Below, one piece after another: positions 56,675 to 64,000 of a stretch of 64,000 bases of DNA. How positions within the stretch are numbered: the first letter of the stretch is position 1; each line of letters opens with the position of its first letter. Where the stretch lies: positions 89,342,001 through 89,406,000 of the forward strand of contig OZ024741.1 in assembly GCA_964016885.1 (NCBI GenBank), read 5' to 3'. Under the pieces are notes generated by a model that worked only from the letters and a program-made list of their open reading frames with translations, did not search any database and had not been told where the DNA came from. This DNA comes from Eledone cirrhosa (Eukaryota). Position numbers and translations under genes: made by a program.

Positions 56675-58249
56675 TCCTTTGTCAGTGTTGAACAAATGAG
56701 CAACGATGGTTGCTAGACACTCTACGGCTTAATTCGGGATGTTTGTTTACAAACACACCGAGCATTATAATAAATGTTAGGTGAATCCATACGTACATAT
56801 ATATATATATGTGTACATGTATGTATATATATATACATACTACTGTACGTCTGTATACATATATGTATATATACTTGTATTTAAGTAACAGCCGTACTAA
56901 GAGTGAGAAATGAAATTTCGTTACATTTTTTCCGTTTATATATATAAATATAGAGAGAGAGAGATAGAGAGAGAGGGGGAATAGATAAATAAATAGATTA
57001 GATAGATAGATCTAGATATACGGCTAAACAGAGGCGACGAAACAAAGACCGTTAGGTTCATGAGACAGATCAGAGTGACGGAGAGAGAGAGAGAAGCAGT
57101 TAGAGGGAAGTGGGTAGAGAGAAGACCACAACTGATCGTAAAAGCTAGAGAACAATACAAAGTTATAGAGACTATTTTAAGTTAAGTAGCTTACACTTCA
57201 TATCACACGTGACAGGTTAAAGCAACAACATAACATGCTGGCTGTAGCGATAAACAGGAGCGTTGTGTGAAGGTAATTGCAGGTAAAGAATATAATAGAA
57301 TAAAGAAGAACGAGGAAGCGTAACAGAACAAGAAGGAATGAAAGAAAATCCCCTTTAAAGGAATATAACACGAAAACAATAACAACAAAAACAACGAACG
57401 AGTGATAGGAGAACGAGTGTAGAGAACGAATGAACGAAAAAGTGCGAGGAAAGAAGGTAAGGTAGGATTATACTGGTTTCTAATTTTGGTACAATGTCAG
57501 CAATTTTTTTATGGGTGGGGTGGGGTAGTTGATTATATCGACCTCGATACTTGACTTGTACATTATTATATCGATCTTGGAAGAATGAAAAGCAGAGTCG
57601 ACCTCGACGGGATTTGAACTTAGAACCTAAAGATCCATGATAAATACTTTAAAGCATTTCTCTCAATTGGTAATTTAAGTAACAGTATAGTAATTTCAAT
57701 GCTTTACGGCATTCGTTCCGGCTGTCTGTGCTCTGAGATTAAATCCCACCGAGGTAAACTTTTCCTTTCACATTTTCGAGGTCGATAAATAAAACATAAG
57801 TCCAGTATTGGGCTCAATACAAATTCTATTCATCTCCGGCTCGCTTAAATGTAACGATGTTTCCCGTATGACTTTATCGGTGGTTAAGGGCTCACCGATG
57901 AATGGATATAACACCTCAAATTTGAATACATACGTACATACATACATACATACATACATACATACATACATACATACATAATACGTACATGCATATACAT
58001 ACATACTACATACGGACACACATGCATACATACATATGAACATACATATGTACATGCATACATACAAACATGCATACATACAAATATACATACATAATAC
58101 ATACATACATGATGGCTGCAAACTCTACTAAGAGTACTGCAATCGCTTGTCAGATTATAGAGTTTGGTGCACTTTTAGGCTACGGCCAGCCACACGAACC
58201 TGTAACATATCCTGAACAAGCAATGCCTGTACTTGAAGGTTTTTTTTAA

Positions 58250-58670
58250 GTGGGGAAAGGACTTGCACTCGACCAATCCCACTCTCTAAGCATCGAAAAC
58301 ACTACCCGAAAAGCAGAACTGGTCAACACCATCGGATGCTTCCGAAGCTGCAGGTTTTATTTTCAGGGTTTCCCTCTCCTAGAAAGGTGTTGTGACAACA
58401 ACTGGGGGCCTTTCACTCCCAGGTGGAAAAAAAAAAGTACTATTTGGATGGCCGTTGACTCTGCTGAGTTACTCCGCCCTTTGCCGGGTCTTGTATTTCA
58501 TCCTGCAGGGTGTCCAAATATCACCCTCCTCACCAAGCAAGCTTGGTGGGGTTGCCGGTTTAGTCGCCGACGACCCGACCATGAGACAGGTTGTACTGGG
58601 TTACATGTTACCAGTAGTACTCGAGAGCGACCTGACATAACATACATACATACATACATACATACATACA

Positions 58671-58704
<34 letters not shown>

Positions 58705-60262
58705 CGTACGTGCATATATACATATATACGTACGTACATACATAATGACTGATTCTTGGTTTCGAGAATTTGGCATCTCTAACCTTTTCCACATTATGGG
58801 TGGCATGAACGTGATTTATTACCACCCAAGGACTTAGATTAATTCTTGCATATGCTGCAGCGAAAGAAATAAGGAAAGGCCATGCTCACACAACATATGT
58901 GAAAGACGTTTAGATCAAGTGATGCCTGTGTTTGAAACTTTTTCAAGTGAAGAAAAGCCTTGCACTGCACCAAACCCACTCTCTGAACAATAGTGACAGA
59001 TTTCCCAAAAGAAGAAAAGGTCTACATCATTGGTTGCCATCAGAGTTTTTCCTTCTCTTGGAATGATGTCCTAACAAGAACTAGGAGTTTCTCACTCTGG
59101 GTGGGCTAGCCGCGCACTCGGGCACTTAACCAAGTATTTCCATTACACACATACATGGATGCATGCATGCATGCATGCATATATACATATATACATACGT
59201 ACGTAGATACGTATATACGTACATACATGCATACATACAGAGGTGCATACATACATGCATGCATACATACATACGAACTTTCATACATACGTACGTTCGC
59301 ACATACATACATACATGCATACATACATACATGATGATGACTGCCTCCTCGCTATCGAGTATGGCCATTGCACGATATAACATTATTAATAATTATCAAG
59401 TAATGCTATCGTGCAATGCCAGTGCGTGAAGATTTAGAGTGAGGAAAGACTGTGCACTCACATACATACATACATACATACATACATACATACATACATA
59501 CATACATACATACATACATACATACATACACATATACATACAACTCAAAACATCCACATCCACACATTCAATAACATCCATACCTGCGCACACATGCATG
59601 CATGCAGACATGCAGGCATATCTACCTAGTTGATGTTGTATCTATATTAGAAACCGACTCTCTTTTTCTCTATTGGTAAACATTTGTGAAATTATAAAAC
59701 CAGAAGAACATACATGGTGGCTGCCAACTCGTTTTCGAGTACTGCCACTACTTTATATACCGATGCGCTGAACGAGTGTGACTTTTTAGTCCAGCCAGCG
59801 ACTTGAAAACTCTGGTACAATTATTGACACAGTGCTGGGCCCATGGTACCATGTGACGACAAGTGCAGAGAGATCTCCAGATATAAAGCAATGCCTGTGC
59901 CGTGAAGCTTTTATAGTGAGCAAAGGCACTGCACAAAGCCAGTCCCACTTTCTTAACCAAGATGATATTTACCAAAAATAAGAACAAGTCAACATCATTG
60001 GATACCATCAGGGTTGCAGGTGTTATATCAGAGTTTTCCTTCTCCTAGAATTCTGCCTTGACAAAGGCTAAGGGGTCATCTCTCCCAGTGATTTTGAATG
60101 GCCATTGACTCTTAAGAGCTCCTTTGCCCTTTGGCAGGTTTTGTTTTTAGTCCTACAGGATGTCCAAAGTCACCCTCCTCACCAAGAAACCTTGGTGGGG
60201 TTGCCAGTTTAGTCGCCAACGACCCGACCATGAGACAGGTTGTACTTGGATACATGTTACTA
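58250..60262 (-). mobile_element. Three related non-coding elements resembling RTE 5' UTRs (58250-58636, ~58940-59110, ~59920-60262)
   Basis: Mutual homology. The minus strand carries CTAGGAGAAGGAAAACTCTGA, reminiscent of RTE 5' regions. Adjacent to (CATA)n tracts. Confidence 0.55.
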
Positions 60263-60305
60263 GTATACATACATACATACATACATACATACATACATAC
60301 ATACA

Positions 60306-60338
<33 letters not shown>

Positions 60339-60661
60339 TCTTTTACTGTTTTCAAATCGGGTACTTTTTTAATCCATCTTTTATTGAATTGCTATGTTAC
60401 AGAACATAAACACAGACACCAACATCAACACTTACAATACATACATGTCTATGTTTACACACACACACTGACACACACTGACACACACTGACACACACAC
60501 TGACACACACTGACACACATCCATATACGACAGACTACTTCAGTGTTCGTCTTCAAAATTCCACTCACAAATCATTAGTCAACTCGAGGCTTAACTATGA
60601 TAGTAGAGACTTGCCTAAGTTGACACGCAGTGGGAGTGAACTCAGAACCACACAATCATGA

Positions 60662-60717
<56 letters not shown>

Positions 60718-60736
60718 CTCTCTCTCTCTCTCTCTC

Positions 60737-60845
<109 letters not shown>

Positions 60846-61443
60846 TGGCTTAGTTTGGATCTAGCTGTCGAAACGGCCGGAGCTCAGCCGTCGGGGTCCT
60901 GATTCTTTTCATATATATATATATATATATAGTATAAACAAACTTTCTTACACGTAACATGTGCGACCACGACCATTGCTTTCGAGGTCCAGCCATGACC
61001 ATCACAGTATATTGGAGGAGACACCTTTAAACTGGCTCATTCACATGTATTTTAGTCTACATTTTCTTACATTATTTGGGAAAAGAGTTTTGGTGTCAAA
61101 TGATAGAAGAAGAATTTCTACATTAGGCACTAGGACTGAAATTTGTTGAGGAAATGGACAGTCGATCATATCGACACCAGTAAATTACTGGTATTTATTT
61201 TATCAACCTCGGAAAGATGAAAGACAAAGTTGACTCAGGCGTGATTCGAACTCAGAATGTAGAAAATTGCTACTAGATACTGCAAAGCATTTTGTCTGAC
61301 GCTCTACCGATTCTGCCCACCCACTGCCCTAACGGCTGAGAATAATAAACACAAGAATTTATTTAGTTTGACTGAGTTTCTTGTAGAAAATCAGGGGTAT
61401 GATTATATTGACCAAAGGTGTTCTTCTTCTTCTTCTTCTTCTT

Positions 61444-61474
<31 letters not shown>

Positions 61475-62447
61475 ACCGCCATCGTTGTTCTTGATGAACA
61501 ACAACAACAACAACAACAATACTGGTATTTAAATTTAGGCCCAGTTATGAAATATTTTGTGACCTAAATAGGTTCAATATCTTCTGATAATAATTGTTTC
61601 TACTTTTGGCACAAGGCCAGCAATTACCCCAGTGCATTACTGGTGATTTATTTTATCGATTCCGTAAGGATGAAAGGCAAAGTTAACCTCGACGGGATTT
61701 GAACTCGGGACGTAAAGGGCCACAACCCTATGCCGCAACGCATGGTGTTTGACGCTCCACTGATACTGCCCTGGTAATAATATATATCAATTTTGACAAA
61801 AGGGATATAAGGAAACGATAAATGAAAAGTGGTTATTTGTTTTAAATTTATTCGTTCTTGTATTTACTCGAAGGTCTCAAACACGCGGCCCACAAGCCGC
61901 ATGTGGACCAAAAACTATTTTTCTATGGTCTGTGGCAGAACAATATTCGTGACTAATATTTTCCTAAAACCAATGCCCCCGTTTTAATAATATATTTAAT
62001 ACAATTTCTTTCAATCTACCTTCGGAATACAATAAAATTAGAGAAATATTAGGAAAAACAAAACAAAAAAAAAAAACGAATTAAGACTAATTTGAAACGG
62101 AAAATTCGTTCCCCTACATTTTGTACTAATTCACATATCCCACGTACTCTCATATATGTGTATTCATTCAGCTGCAGTGCAGTTTAGTATTGAAACTGAT
62201 GGAATCCAGGCTCTCCCATCACCTAATCTAACTTTTGAGCCACTGTGCTTCTCCCCCAGATCGTAATAGCCCTTCTGAGTCGTTGAATTTGAGGCCCCAG
62301 TATTTACTACGTTGATTTTATTGTGCAGAGATTGTTGGTTATAATTTCGATTTTATAACACAAGTGTTAAACAAGACAGGTTTCGAACGTCACACCGTTG
62401 GTTCAGAGTAACACGCACACACACACACGGACACGCAGACAGATAGA

Positions 62448-62490
<43 letters not shown>

Positions 62491-62611
62491 GTACATATAC
62501 ACAGAATTAGAGAGAGAAAGAGAGAAAGAGAGGGAGAGAGAGAGAGAGAGAGAGAGAAAGGGAGAAAGAAAGGTGTGGGTACAGATATATACTCAGATAC
62601 AGACATATAGC

Positions 62612-64000
62612 GCTGTGATGGTATGTAACACTACAGTTACATTACTGTGATGGTATGTAACACTACAGTTACACAACTGTGATGGTATGTAACACTACAG
62701 TTACACTGCTGTGTTGGTATGTAACACTACAGTTACACTGCTGTGATGGTATGTAACACTACAGTTACACAACTGTGATGGTATGTAACACTACAGTTAC
62801 ACTGCTGTGTTGGTATGTAACACTACAGTTACACAACTGTGATGGTATGTAACACTACAGTTACACTGCTGTGTTGGTATGTAACACTACAGTTACATTG
62901 CTGTGATGGTATGTAACACTACAGTTACATTGCTGTGTTGGTATGTAACACTACAGTTACACTGCTGTGTTGGTATGTAACACTACAGTTACACAACTGT
63001 GATGGTATGTAACACAACAGTTACACTGCTGTGATGGTATGTAACACTACAGTTACACTGCTGTGTTGGTATGTAACACTACAGTTACATTGCTGTGATG
63101 GTATGTAACACTACAGTTACATTGCTGTGTTGGTATGTAACACTACAGTTACACTGCTGTGTTGGTATGTAACACTACAGTTACACTGCTGTGTTGGTAT
63201 GTAACACTACAGTTACACAACTGTGATGGTACGTAACACTACAGTTACATTGCTGTGATGGTATGTAACACTACAGTTACATTGCTGTGATGGTATGTAA
63301 CACTACAGTTACACAACTGTGATGGTATGTAACACTACAGTTACACTGCTGTGATGGTATGTAACACTACAGTAACACTGCTGTGTTGGTATGTAACACT
63401 ACAGTTACATTGCTGTGTTGGTATGTAACACTACAGTTACACAATTGTGATGGTATGTAACACAACAGTTACACTGCTGTGTTGGTATGTAACACTACAG
63501 TTACACTGCTGTGTTGGTATGTAACACTACAGTTACACAACTGTGATGGTATGTAACACTACAGTTACACTGCTGTGTTGGTATGTAACACTACAGTTAC
63601 ACAACTGTGATGGTATGTAACACTACAGTTACACTGCTGTGTTGGTATGTAACACTACAGTTACACTGCTGTGATGGTATGTAACACTACAGTTACACTG
63701 CTGTGTTGGTATGTAACACTACAGTTACACAACTGTGATGGTATGTAACACTACAGTTACACAACTGTGATGGTATGTAACACTACAGTTACACAACTGT
63801 GATGGTATGTAACACTACAGTTACACAATTGTGATGGTATATAACACTACAGTTACATTGCTGTGATGGTATGTAACACAACAGTTACACTGCTGTGTTG
63901 GTATGTAACACTACAGTAACACAACTGTGATGGTATGTAACACAACAGTTACACTGCTGTGTTGGTATGTAACATTACAGTTACACAACTGTGATGGTAT
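62612..64000. repeat. 32-bp minisatellite, ~43 units, continuing beyond the window
   Basis: Unit CTGTG(A/T)TGGTATGTAACACTACAGTTACA(CAA/CTG/TTG). Confidence 0.97.

Larger units (their letters stand above)
55880..56937. mobile_element. Retrozyme-like array B: ~1.5 inverted plus ~1 direct copies of the same ~425-bp monomer family
   Basis: Minus copies 55880-56510 and plus copy 56511-56937, homologous to array A. Confidence 0.88.

Noticed and set aside
58250-58837. 195-aa ORF
   Set aside because: It spans a dispersed non-coding repeat and (CATA)n, and the frame is not conserved over its length in the 59920-60262 copy.
60965-61007. Minus-strand CTGTGAT-GGTC..GACC-TCGAAAG
   Set aside because: The core lacks a base and stems I and III are unconvincing.
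62612-64000. CRISPR array
   Set aside because: Units are contiguous with no unique spacers, there are no cas genes, and the context is eukaryotic.

Overview
Repeat-dense, AT-rich eukaryotic DNA with no recognisable host gene. The abundant tRNA-derived SINE and the (TA)n/(CA)n/(CATA)n load suggest an invertebrate, plausibly a cephalopod (inference). 1-41 kb is a nested set of decayed transposons: two hAT transposases, a Ty3/Gypsy LTR element, a Tigger/pogo element, RTE LINEs, a Helitron, mariner elements and many SINEs. The notable part is about 38-61 kb, a (TA)n-rich zone built around a Penelope-like retroelement (uninterrupted 758-aa RT + GIY-YIG ORF). Reading both strands by eye, I found 16 type I hammerhead-ribozyme motifs and several half motifs from about 9 sequence families. 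They include two head-to-head arrays of a ~423-bp non-coding monomer with one hammerhead each (retrozyme-like) and two families with a compensatory U3-A8 catalytic core. Folds were assigned manually, ribozyme activity is untested, and many element boundaries are approximate. A 32-bp hairpin minisatellite runs off the right end.
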